From Camelus dromedarius (Eukaryota), in contig NC_087436.1 in the NCBI RefSeq assembly GCF_036321535.1, positions 8,680,001 through 8,744,000 of the forward strand: a DNA stretch of 64,000 bases, in the 5' to 3' direction. Positions within the stretch are counted from its first letter, which is position 1, and every line of letters starts with the position of its first letter. Of this stretch, positions 52,454 through 64,000 are shown piece after piece. The translations under genes and the position numbers were made by a program. The notes below the pieces were generated by a model. It was not told where the DNA came from and ran no database searches. It saw only the letters and a program-made list of their open reading frames with translations.

Positions 52454-54181
52454 TTCTTTTTGCACACTGGTTAAGACTTTATTTAAAAATTAGCAAATGA
52501 TACTTTAGAAACATTGATGTGTAAATTTCTAAAATGCATCTTTAATTTAGCTGGCAAAGACCACATTTAGATATAAGTATGAGTTTAGTCTTCCATGTAA
52601 AAACCGGATACTAAACTTTAAAAAAAAAACAAAAAAAGAAAGAAAGAGAAAAAAAAAAAGCTTCCTATTATTTGAAAATACCAGTTTAAGTAGAGGATTG
52701 TAAAAATGCATAGATCTTTAATAAAAGCACTGTCTGTTCAAGAGTACTCCCCTTTCACAGTATTCCTTTGACTTTATATGTGAGTTAGGGTTATGCTGTA
52801 GAAGTTAACAGTTACAGCACTAGATGGCAACTATTTAGGGAAGAGGCAGAAAAAGGAAAAAGGAATGTATGTAAGGCAATATCCCTTTTAGGTACAATAA
52901 GCATAATAATGTTTTAGGAAGACAAGATAAAAATTGCTCAAGGCTAGCTGGGTTCTCACTGAATTAAAACAATAGGCTAAATACTGAGCTTCTCTATGTG
53001 AAACTGAGCATCAGTGCCTTGGTCGCCATATTGGTAATCTTTGGGGTAGACATCTTGGTATTTTCCATGTTATTCATTTGCGTATTCTGCCTGGTAATCA
53101 TTACCACTGATTTCCTACCCTTTTGTTCCTGTTCCTTGGCTTCCATTGTGAATGACAGGTTCTGTGGGAGCAGCACAGTATTTGAGATCATATACTTGCT
53201 GCCCAAGCTTTACACACTCATTCCTTTCTGGGAAGTGATTTTGTTGGTACCCATCTGTAGAGAAATTCTCGAGCTGCCCACTGGTTGTAATGTTAGATTC
53301 TGATCATAGTTGTCTCTTGGGGTACCCAGTGCTAACACTCCTGCCTGGCTGGCTCCTTTTTTGGCCTCTATCTGCATGCTAATCATGGCCTGATCAGAAA
53401 AGATATGTCAGTTTGCATTTGGGGATCATAAAGATGCTTCCCAATTCCATAGGCTATCATGCCTGCTTGGCTTTGAACATCTGTTGGTTCCCATTGGCAA
53501 ACCGACCATACTTTGGCCAACTTTTAATTTTCCTTCATCAAAACATCTTTATTTTTCTACATACTTAACTCCAATGTCAATGGTTGCATGTAATCCTTTT
53601 GTTTTAGCCAGATCTGCTAGGACCACCAGGATAGTCTGAACCTGAGTTATGTTTCCATTCTCAAAAAGATCATTTGCTTCAAATATGTCATGTGGCTTCA
53701 TACCATAAGCCTGAATAGCTTTAATAAAATTGCCAGTATTCTCCAACTGAGGCTAGTTTACTGAGGACTCATTGACCATCTTCACTGAGCCTGGCTGTGG
53801 CTTGGTCATGAGCTCTCAGAGGATGATGCCATCCTTTAAGCCCAGCTGAAAGTTAATGCCAAAGCTCATGCCTGTCACCTCCTCTACCCAACTGTGAAGA
53901 TCTTCTTCTGCCTGATGATTATACTTAGAAGCAGATTTTCTTGACCTTGGCAGAGAGCCCATAGGAAGGGCCCTTGTTGAAGTGGGTCATGATGGTTGGG
54001 GCAGCTGGAAGACACTAAGCTCGGGTCCTGGGGTTCCTTGCCCTCAGCTTCCTGGCTCCTGGCCCCAAGGAGTGGCCACACTGCAAGATGCTCTTAGCTT
54101 ACTCTCCAGGGTGGCCAGGAGTCACCCCGATGCTGTGGCAGGACACAGACAGTGCCTTGGCTACTCAGTCTGACGAGGTCC
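52454..54181 (-). pseudogene. CNN3: Processed (retroposed) pseudogene of calponin-3 (acidic calponin), with 5'UTR, full CDS equivalent (53990-53004), 3'UTR and poly(A)
   Basis: Minus strand from ATG at 53990 reads [17 protein letters not shown]; after a frameshift [37 protein letters not shown], then [38 protein letters not shown], ending DYQYGDQGTD (acidic CNN3 tail). No introns. Stops at 53925-27 (after the frameshift), 53816-18, 53753-55 and 53549-51. AATAAA at 52483-52478, T-run 52447-52461, TSD ct(a/g)g(c/t)actgattttttt at 52437-52453 and 54182-54198. Confidence 0.96.
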
Positions 54182-56069
54182 CTGGTACTGATTTTTTTAA
54201 ATTAATGTCCACACAATGTCCCTGGTACTGATTTTTGACTATGGGAATTTTCTAAACTTTTTGGCCCAATTTTTATTTTATAATATATTGAATCCAATTA
54301 GAAATTATGATATTCACGAACACCATTGTCGTCTCATTGTCAAGTGCACAAACATAAATAACAAAAAATATGATTATAAGGTCAATTTTGTTTTTTTAAA
54401 TTATTTTTTAATTAACACTATTCATAAAAATATATTCATTCCATACATTCTAGTTGTTATTTCGTGTTTATTTGGAATTAGACTAAATAAATGACTACCG
54501 AATGATCATGTATTTAAAATTGTTAAATTTGAAGTATTACATTTTAAATCTTCATAAATTATATGATGATTATTGTTGTTTGTCAAATTAATTACATTCA
54601 TATTGATTAAATGGATCATCTGTTGTTGATTGCTTGTTAAAATTTAACAGTGAAGTGTTTGTTACATTATCAATAAAACCATTTGGTATTTAATTTTTGA
54701 TAACTATTTTACTCTACATTAGTTTTAGGTTCAGCTTTCACCAGTACATTCCTTTTTTTACTGTGACACATTGTTTATAAAATAAAAATAATAAAATCAT
54801 GGTATTGTGTATTTCATACCTAAAATGACTGATTTCTGGCATGATATGATAATTCAAGTCATTAAGTCAATGACAAATATCTGTTTGTTTCCCTTAAGTC
54901 TATTACTTTTCTTCATTAACTGGGATCTCTAATGAAGAACAGGGTTGTGCAGAATATCTTGCATCCACTGGCCAGAGAGTAATAATTTCATGTATTTGAG
55001 ACATCTAAAATGGGAAAACTCCCAAGGACTTGTTTATATATTTCAAATTATTTGTCTTTAATTAAATTCACATAGGCTCTTAGGCAATTAAGTTTTCAAG
55101 AGAAATTTTAAGTGATGAAAAAGATTATAGGGATGGATGGACAAAAGTGAACATTTCCACTACTGGTTACATACTATTTTTATATAAAAAGAGACAATGG
55201 GGAAAATAAAAGCTTCCTCACATGAGATAAGATGGCTATTACCAAGTGACAAAGTGCATTTGAAGCAATTACTAAAAAATAACAACAATCATTCTATTCC
55301 TATTTTGAATTTCCTATTCCTGCCAAGTTGAAGTGTGGGCCTCTACTCCAAAATTTATGCACTAAATTTGCTTTTTTTTTTTTTTTTTTTCTTAAATCAA
55401 TAAGACCGCATGCTAAATTTTGAAAGCCTCCATGACTCCTGATTTGGAAATCCAGAGATAAGCACTTTTATTTTGATATTTTAAATTTTCTCTGGATGAA
55501 TGTATCCATAGATATGTCAATGCAATTTGCCTTAAAGACTGAAATTTAGGAGATCGTCTGATATAATAATTTAGAGAATAATTAGAAAACATAAAACGAT
55601 GTGCACTTCAAAGTTAATGACTATATAATGCACTTTTTTGATTCTCAAAAATAAATACCCATTAAAAGTTGCTTTATGTTATAAACAGAGGTACACATTT
55701 ACGACAATAGGTGTCTAATTTTTTTAACCATAACGCATTAAGAACTTTCATCCTTCTATGTAAATTCATTACTTTTTGTATGCTCATTATATTAAAGTGC
55801 TAGTAGACCTCTCTTTCAAAATAGAAAACTTTGCATTCCATGAGAAAATAAAATATCACCAAAATGTCACCTAGTACTCTGCAGCAAGGTAAACATCTAG
55901 AGCAGAGTCTTGCTATTGTAAAGTCAAGAATTCTCTTTCCTAATCTGTTTTTGCACTTTAGTGCATATTTTTTTCATCTGTATCAGTTTTCCTTCTCTAA
56001 ACATTGTTGAATTTGGGTATATTTTCTGTGCAAAGAATTTTACTGCCAATGCTATGCTGTAGTCCAATG

Positions 56070-56230
56070 CTGTCGAGATGAGGAAAAAACCGAGAAGCAG
56101 GTGGAGTGGTGAATAACACGTGAGCGGCGTGGGGCCTCTGGCCAGCATGACAGCAGCTGCAGCTGGCGCTGGGGGTACCAGTTTGCCATTCTAGCTCTTC
56201 TGTGATTGTGAATAGCACGCGGTAATTTTC
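56070..56230. promoter_or_regulatory. Candidate enhancer or conserved non-coding element
   Basis: Eight CpGs in ~150 bp of non-repetitive DNA; CAGGTG, CACGTG, TGACAG and tandem CAGCTG motifs. Motif evidence only. Confidence 0.35.
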
Positions 56231-58285
56231 ACCCATAGAGTAGCAGAATGAAATATCCAGCAGATAAGGCAATAACAAACAGCCTTCTGGAAAGTACTTT
56301 TTAATCACATGCAAATTTAAAGTCTTGCTAAATTGACCAGTTTCTATGTTTACCAGTTTTTAATACCAGTATTCCACCATCATTTTAGAAAATGTCTTTT
56401 CTTCAGATGCCTTGGTGGAAAATACAGAAGCTCAAAAATCATAAGGGTTAATGATATGGAATTAATTTTTGATAATTCACTGTATTTTAATTTTTATTGC
56501 TATACTGATAGGTAGTGGAGAGCCCGTTGATTTCTGACATGATAACTTTGGATATTATCAAATATTTTTCTGGAGAATTTAAGTGAATTTGACTAAACTA
56601 ACAGCACTTCTGCTCTACGTATAAAAAAGCATGATTTCATATTTGAAACACAAATTATTAGTAAGGAAAAATTGAATTTCTCTGGATACTATCTTCAACA
56701 TGGGCTTTGGAATAGTTTTATGAGAGCGACATGACAAAAATAACTCATTTTTTAATTCAAACCTAATACAAAAGGCAGAGTTAGACATGCCTGGAAACAT
56801 TTCTACACACACAATGGTTGGACTTTGGAACCAACAAACCTGGCTTCATTTCTGGCTTCATTTATAGCTTCCTTTATATGACTCTGGTTAATCAGTCTCA
56901 TAGCCTCATTTTCTCATGCATAAATAAGGAAAAAAGCACCTTTCCCACAAGATTTTTATCATGTTTGAATGAGCCAGTTTAATCCAACACATTAGTACTG
57001 TGTCTCTCATGGGATAGGCACCCCAAAATGTGAATTCCACTAACATATATATTTTTTTTAATTTTACAGATTTGTTTTGAAAATCTATAATGTCTATGTT
57101 TTGAGATATGGAGAATATTTTAGTTTGGGGAAATTGTAACAAAACAATAAAAAAATCAGTGACTCCCTGATGACTCTAAAGATTTTCTCATGGTATAAAT
57201 GTCATAGTCTGAGCACAAATATGACTGCAGGGATAAAACTGCTTACAGGAAACATGAATGGAAATTCCACGTTTAAAACAATGCCTAAGTAAAGTTAGTA
57301 TATATAACATAATATCAGCATATAATTATTTTACTTTCTCAGCTTAACCAAAGATGAATGAGAGCTATATTAGTTTTAATGTGTGGAGAGATGCCAAAAA
57401 GGACATTTGAAATCACTTTACTCCGTTAAGTGTAACATTAGATCCTGATGAAGTTTAAGTTTGAATTTTACAATGCATCTCACCCTGAAACCTCCGCTTC
57501 TAATTAGTAATTTATTCCTTGAAACTTCCTATCAGGTTGGCCTTGCCGATCTCAAGCCTGAGATTACAATTTGTCACTTACTTACTCATTTCTAAGACCG
57601 GGATTCCAGACTGCTAAGGGACAGTCATGCTATTCTGCAGCTAGATGGACAGAAAAATTCACTGATCTCCAGCAAAACTCTATATTCCATTGACTGCTTA
57701 GCATATTCGATTCAATAATATTTCCTGGAAGCTTCCCATGCAGATATCACTTTGGTATTTATGATATGGTTATAAAATAGGAAAGAAGAAACCCCACCAG
57801 TGAACAGAGTTTGGCATTTAGTGAAGCAGCACAGGCAGAGTAGAAATTATTTCAATGAAAATTAGTCAAATCTAAGTTTGTTTAATTTCTGGAGATCGGT
57901 GACATTTATGGTACATTCAGGCAAGCAGAACTCTCTGATTGTCTAACAGAAATCCCAGTGCAAGGAATTTCTGCCCTCTTCTTTTTCTAAGTGGCCTCTG
58001 GGCCTAGAAGACCAAATCTCTAGCCCCACCACTAGTTTCTATCCCAAGTTACAACAAACATTTCCAAACATATATTGTATTAATAAGAAATAGAAAAAAT
58101 TACAAATGATTACAGGAACATCTGCAAAGTTACAAGTCATTTACTAAAAATGTTTTTAATGAGACCAGCATCTTTGAGCAGAAGGAAATACAATTTTTTT
58201 TTCAAGCCCAACAGATTTAAGTTTTGATTTGAATCAGTTGGTGCCAAAATTATTGAGAAGTCTGGCTCCTGGTCAAACACCTACA

Positions 58286-59432
58286 TGTGATCTTTCAGGC
58301 CTGACCACAGGCAGTTACGGAGGCTTTACTGGGCAAGCCTCACGGCTGAAAGCTGCCTTTTTCACGCCAGACTTAGTGCAAAGCCAATGCCTCGCCATCT
58401 TTGAGGCAAGTAGCAGTCAAGGACCCGGGATGCCCAGACCAGCTGTGCTCTTATGTCAACCGCATTAGCAGCCCAAGTACCTCCACTAGTGTAACAGGGA
58501 AAAGCAAATCTGACTCCATATTAGATCTTTTCCTTCAGCTCTAACCCTGTGCTGTGTTTCCGGTGCTCAGTCACGCTGGTTCTGCTCCTTTTGTAAAAGA
58601 ATGTTGCCTGTGGCCTGAAATATACAGGGCAGCCCATTCTCAAGGCTCTGACCTTTAAGGGTGTAACACTTTCCCATACACATACAGATAAAAAGTTGCA
58701 GAACAGGGAGTAACATTTGTCTTGTTGGAGGTTTGCAGGGACACCGCAATCTGACCTACTTGAACAGCTGCAAGAACAAAGGATTCCGACACCAAGAAGC
58801 TTGCAACAACCAACCACACCCCCTCTCCTTTTCAGTATAAAAGGAGCCTGAATTCTGTCTTGGGGAAGATGATTCTCCAGGATGTGAATCTCCCATCTTC
58901 TTGGTCTGCTGGCTTTCTGAATAAAGTCATTAGTCATTGCCCCAACACCTCATGTCCCAACTTATTGGAGTGCCGTGGGGTGAGCAAAACAAGTTTGGAC
59001 TTGGTAACACTAGGAGGTGTCTTCATCAGGACCTACATATGGTAGATGCTTTCCTGAGCCCTCTTTATGGGGTGGGGGGTAGAGACACTTTCTTCCACCC
59101 AGCCTCACTATTTAGTATTTTGCTCTCCTAACCCTTACTCTTCCTCCTCTCCTCCCCCAAGTCCATAAAACTGCCTGGTCCTTTTGTTTAGCGTTTCTTA
59201 GCCATAAGTGACCCACCTGACCCTGGACTGGTGCTATTTCACAAGTAATCAGGAACAGTGGGAGCTCAGCCCTTTCTCTAATGTAGCCTTTTGCTTACAT
59301 GGTTGTACTCAGTGACTAAAGGCTTGTATGTTACTTTCATTTTGGATTTTTGAGCCAGTCAGTGTCTATGACCCCACAGCTCAGCTCAGCCCTTGAAGTT
59401 ACCTACTTCCTTCGAGCCTCTCTTGTCTGACA
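58286..59432 (+). mobile_element. Older LTR-like element hosting the 58490-59009 LTR
   Basis: GC-richer block starting tgtgatc and ending gtctgaca, with a cataaaa box and an actaaa poly(A)-like signal; family not identified. Confidence 0.45.
58490..59009 (+). mobile_element. Solo LTR, ERV1-like (family B), complete
   Basis: TGTAAC...GTAACA termini, perfect TSD ctag at 58486-58489 and 59010-59013, TATAAAA 58836-58842, AATAAA 58920-58925. Confidence 0.92.
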
Positions 59433-59599
59433 GCTGGGGAAGGCGACTTCTTTCCCATCAGGAGTATGAGATGATAGAAGTGGATTCCTTAGCATACAGC
59501 TGACTCTCAGGATTGGTGATCTCAAATTATAACTGGAAACTTGAAGGAGCTCCAAAACAGTAAATAACAGCGATGGGAGGTATGAATCATTTTACACTT

Positions 59600-59850
59600 T
59601 GGTTAGGTACGATTTTTAGAGACAGATAATACATCTTGTGTCTTCAAACTACTTTCAACAGGATGTCACTGTAACACATCAAAGTCAGCATATTTGTGTG
59701 GACGTCATATTCTATTTTGAGCAAGAAACCCACTCACAAGATTCTTCCTTTCTTTACCGATAATTCTATCATTCTTTGAGCCACTAAGACTGAAGCCTTG
59801 AAGTCATATTTTGTTCTTGCTATTTCCTCATCTGTTGACAGAGTTGCTTC
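59600..59850 (+). mobile_element. Decayed L2 fragment
   Basis: caacaggatgtcactgtaacacatcaaagtcagcatat and ccactaagactgaagccttgaagtcat resemble L2 3' motifs. Confidence 0.5.
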
Positions 59851-60329
59851 AAAGACACTTGTGAAAAAAACAGACCCTCTCTTGCTGTTGGCTTCTGTTC
59901 TCTTAAGAGGAATCTGATACAAAATTCCATGCCACATCATTCCAAGCATTTCCATAACACATTTGCTTAATGACAAACCAATTGGCAAAACTTAAATACA
60001 TGCCTTACAGTCCAAGTTAATAACTGATCAGATCCTTTTTCTGTATTGATCTAGTCAGGGAAACCTCATTCCTCACTAGCACCTTATCCTGAGAGCAGTA
60101 CAGCAACGGAGGTGGTCAGTTCTGTGTCCCCTGAATATCGTTAGTCTGTTTGCACCTTCTTGAGAATATCCCTACAGTTAAAGTTTCCAAATGTTTCTGT
60201 TTCTTCTCACCCTCCAAGTCTAAAGTCCGAACTTCCTCATTAATGTTTTTAGTCCACCAATTCATTATCTGTTCCTCTATCATAGTACTCAGGACTCGTA
60301 ACACTGATTTGGTGCTTGATGCTATATTC

Positions 60330-60475
60330 TTTTTTTTTTTAATTTTTTATTGCAGTGTAATTGATCGACAATGTTAGTTTCAGGTGTAGAGCAAAGTGAT
60401 TCAGTTATACATAAACATACATATATGGACTTTTTGTTTTCAGATTCTCTTCCATTATAGCTTATTAAAAGAGCT
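60330..60475 (-). mobile_element. Short L1 3' terminal fragment
   Basis: T tail, then ttgcagtgtaattgatcgacaatgttagtttcaggtgtagagcaaagtgattcagttatacat. Confidence 0.82.
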
Positions 60476-61754
60476 ATGTTCGTATATTTATTTAACAATA
60501 TGACTAGGATTCAAAATGCCACGTAGCCTTCTTTGGTGTGTACAATTACAACAGCACTTTGACTTGACAACTTCAATAACAAATTAACATTTTGAAAGTA
60601 TATCATAACTACTTATTTAATAAGTATAGTTTCAAATTTGAACTGGTGCCTGAATAAATGTGGTAATTAAAGCAAACTGTATAAGATATTTCAGTATATC
60701 ATTTAAGTAGGAATTCAGAGAAGCCACCCCTTTGAGTCTTGATTTATTCTGTCTTAGTGTTTCTCATTTAAAGTTTCCTCCAATTTAGAAATATGTTGAG
60801 GCTATAGCTGGTTCATATAAGACTTATTTTAGGATGTGGCAAGATCATCTCTAACTTCAGTAAAAACAACACCCTTTAACTTCTTGGGACATTTCACTGC
60901 ATTGGGGCGTTTTTTTTTTAAGGAAAATAGAGTCAACTAAACATGACAACAATGTTAAAAGTACAATTTAGATATCAGTATGTACTTTTTCCAAGTCCTG
61001 AAAATTTACATCATTTAAAGACAAACAACTTCTTTCCTAAGTAAATTTCTAGGTAAATTACATTACCCTGTGTACATGACCATGCATATCTTTTTTGGTT
61101 AATGTAATTGTGTTATTTTGACTATTCTTCTACACATTGTAGCTTATATATTCTACCCTGAATTTGTGTCAAGAAAAGTATATTTTATGTATTTGACATT
61201 AAGGGTCTGAGATATGCAAAATATTTTCCTTTCAATTGTTTTGTGTTTTTTAGCTATAAGGTGAATATTACATACTCCAATGACATAGTCAGTGGAGTTA
61301 TATATATTTCTTCTAATATATTTGAAAATTTTTTCAGTTTTTTGATTACTAAAATATTCAAATATAATAAGATACAATTTATTAGCAAATGAAGAAGGGA
61401 ATTTAAGCGAGGACGAGAGGAATAGATTAAAAGCTTCTGGGAGGGAAAGTGAACAAAATCTTATTAAATTGCTACTATTTACTTGTTAATCAAAAGACGT
61501 ATATGCCCTTTAACATAATTTTTCTACACATTTGTAAGGCAAGTTGCTGAAATGTCTTTTATTTCCCTTGTAAATAAGAAGGTTGTGAATTAGAGCTATT
61601 TTATGTCTTGCCAGCAGCCTGTTACCTAGAAAACAATACAGCAATGACTTAAGTGTTTCATGGGTGGAAATCTCTCTTAGGACTGGGATTACGTTAAGGT
61701 CTCTAAATGTTTTAAAGTAGTAAAAATATTTAGGGTCCTTCTGCCTTCCTCTCA

Positions 61755-61755
<1 letters not shown>

Positions 61756-61786
<31 letters not shown>
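61756..61786. repeat. Poly(A) homopolymer
   Basis: Uninterrupted A run. Confidence 0.9.
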
Positions 61787-61789
<3 letters not shown>

Positions 61790-63654
61790 GTCCCTAAGAC
61801 TTAATTTTATCACCAAGTTGTATAAATAATGTTTTCTTTTGTTCAGTTAAATTGCAGAAAGTGAAAAAACATACTTTATCCCAGTATCAAACTGGAGTAT
61901 TAAAGAAGCTTTAGATGCTCGGAGCTTAAAACATTGTTGAGGCATAATTTTAAAAAGGTTAAAACAATTCTCATACCCATGTGAAATAAACGTGAGGCAA
62001 AGGTTCATCTGTCTCATGAGAGAACCAGCATGATGGTAATGCTAATTCAAAGTCCATTGGTGGAGTAGAGATTTGCATCACTTGGTTCAAGCATGAGGTA
62101 ATAAGTTTGTTAAGTTAAACACAAAACTCGTTAATGTCCCACAGGGCAACAAGCAATTATTTTGTAGCTATCTTTTTTATAGAACGGAAGTCATTTGCAT
62201 CTTTTTTTTAATGTACAAGTTAACATGCATATTCACAGATTCGGCGCCCTCATCAGGAGTTAATGGACACGCAAAGGTACCTCCTAGAGAATTAAGTCAT
62301 CCTTAGCCGGGAGTGAGTACTGTAGTATGACTTTGAAAGACACGTTGTCCTTCCACAGCTTCTAATGCCTTTGATACCTCGTCTCAAGCAATTGATTCTA
62401 CAGCATTAGGCAGAAGACAGCCTCTAATTACTCTAACCTAGAAAAAAGCCAAGGTTACAATGTATCATTGCAACTACCTTTGTCCTGACTTGTTTCTCTC
62501 TAAAATATAAGTTCTTCTGGTTTGCCTTACACACATAGTGGCAATCCATGGACGATCATCTTTATTTCCGATGTCACGATTTTTTCTGGCCGTAAGTCAA
62601 AATAGAGCTTACAGCTATAAACTCTAGAAGCATAGATAATAAAATATCTCCCCTGCCATAAACTTGTACAGATCTGCTGATTCTTTACAATGACTCACTG
62701 GTAAAGATCTTGCAGAGGCATATTCAAATTAAATAATTAGCCTTAAATATGCCATAGTGGAATAGAAATGACTAAAACAGGGAGGGGATCAGTATCTTCT
62801 TTTGAACAAGAGCTGGTTTATTATTTTTAGATAAAAGCTGTAGTAAAATTGCAATTCATTTTCCCCATTGAAAGATTTTATGAATCATGATAATGTCAGT
62901 ATAAATATGCATAACACTGGTTATGTGAGTTTAAAAATGTTTACCAGAGTTATTTATGATAAACAGAATTTATTTGCAGGAGGAATAGCAGTAATTTATA
63001 AGCAATTGCTAGTCAACATGCTTCACTAACATAACTTTGATTTCACACACTTCTACATAAAGTTCCTTCAGTGAGCAAAAAAAAAAAGTTCTTTATTAAT
63101 TGTATTTTTATTCCCTTGTCTAACATTTAATAGTGTATGCTGTTAGGAAGAAAATATGTCTCCAACCTTTGCCAAAACCCTGCTAATTGAACAGAATTAA
63201 AATAACAAATCCTTGAAGGGACAACAAAATTGGGTCATATTTTACAACTTCTTTTCTTGTTGGTAATCACCTCTTTTAGCCTTCTTAAATTTCTTTCTCT
63301 GAAACATTGAATATTCAGAAATATAAAGCTGATAACTAATATGGGTACTGTTACATCCAGATCACAGAACTATCTATAATACCGTTTATTTTAAATCATA
63401 CTGTAAACTGCTGCTTCTTGCACAAAAGGACAAAGATAAGAAAAATAAGAATCAACAATTACTGTTAAAGTGATTGGTTGTCAAAAATTCTCAATCTATT
63501 TAATTATGTAATAAGATTTTGATTTTAAACACTGTGATTTGTTTGTGGTTGTGAAGCAATTATCTCTCTATAAATTTTCCTTAGTTTTTTTTTTAAATAC
63601 ATTTTGTAGCAGATATATCTCCCACAAGCTGGGCATTATTTAAAAGATTAGGAC

Positions 63655-63911
63655 TAGTGGGAAGGAATAAATTGGGAGCTTGAGATTTGCACATACTAAC
63701 TATTATATATAAAACAGATAAACAAGAAGTTTCTACTGTATAGCACAGGGAGCTATATTCAATATCTTGTAGTCACCTAAAATGAAAAAGAATATGAAAA
63801 GAAATATATGTATGGCTGAAGCATGATGCTGTACACCAGAAATTGACACAACATTGTAAGCTGACCATACTTCAATAAAAAAGAATGAAAACATAATAAA
63901 ACAAACAAAAA
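63655..63911 (+). mobile_element. 5'-truncated L1 3' end
   Basis: gggaaggaataaattgggagcttgagatttgc...ctgtatagcacagggagctatattcaatatc...gctgtacaccagaaattgacacaacattgtaag...cttcaataaaaaag. Confidence 0.9.
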
Positions 63912-64000
63912 GTGTTAGGAATAAACTTAACTGAAATTAAAGGGCAACAAAATATCTCCTGTGAAGTTAGTGGTATGTCCTTTAGGGAGTCTGTTATATC

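Noticed and set aside
53549..53746. 65-aa ORF with calponin-homology sequence as a real CDS
   Set aside because: It is a stop-bounded piece of the processed pseudogene, starts at TTG and has no splice sites.
59734..60304. Two minus-strand ORFs (84 and 62 aa) considered as an endogenous viral element or exon
   Set aside because: No recognisable domain, non-ATG starts, and partial overlap with L2-like sequence. A tBLASTn search would settle it.
61756..61786. Poly(A) run as a retroposon tail
   Set aside because: No upstream element, poly(A) signal or TSD; treated as a homopolymer expansion.

Overview
AT-rich, repeat-dense mammalian non-coding DNA (intergenic or deep intronic). Two tRNA-derived SINEs resembling the camelid Vic-1 family, and no Alu, Bov-tA, PRE-1 or Can-SINE copies seen, point to a camelid genome (inference). 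No intact protein-coding gene or supportable coding exon was found. The only gene-derived sequence is a disabled, full-CDS processed pseudogene of calponin-3 (CNN3) on the minus strand (~52454-54181), with a poly(A) tail and target-site duplication (TSD). The rest is L1 fragments of several ages, six ERV1-like solo LTRs (two matched pairs), MaLR/ERVL LTRs, L2, MIR, MER5-type DNA transposons and simple repeats. The most unusual items are small: a tailless retrocopy of the 5' half of tRNA-Cys(GCA) between 20-bp direct repeats (20800-20870), a 36-bp retroposed micro-insertion between 22-bp direct repeats (11683-11762), a duplicated 5' junction of the CNN3 retrocopy, and non-repetitive motif clusters that look regulatory (~10.3-10.5 kb, ~56.1 kb). 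I found no support for a new multi-component biological system. Repeat family names come from recalled consensus features, not a database search, and boundaries of old repeats are approximate.
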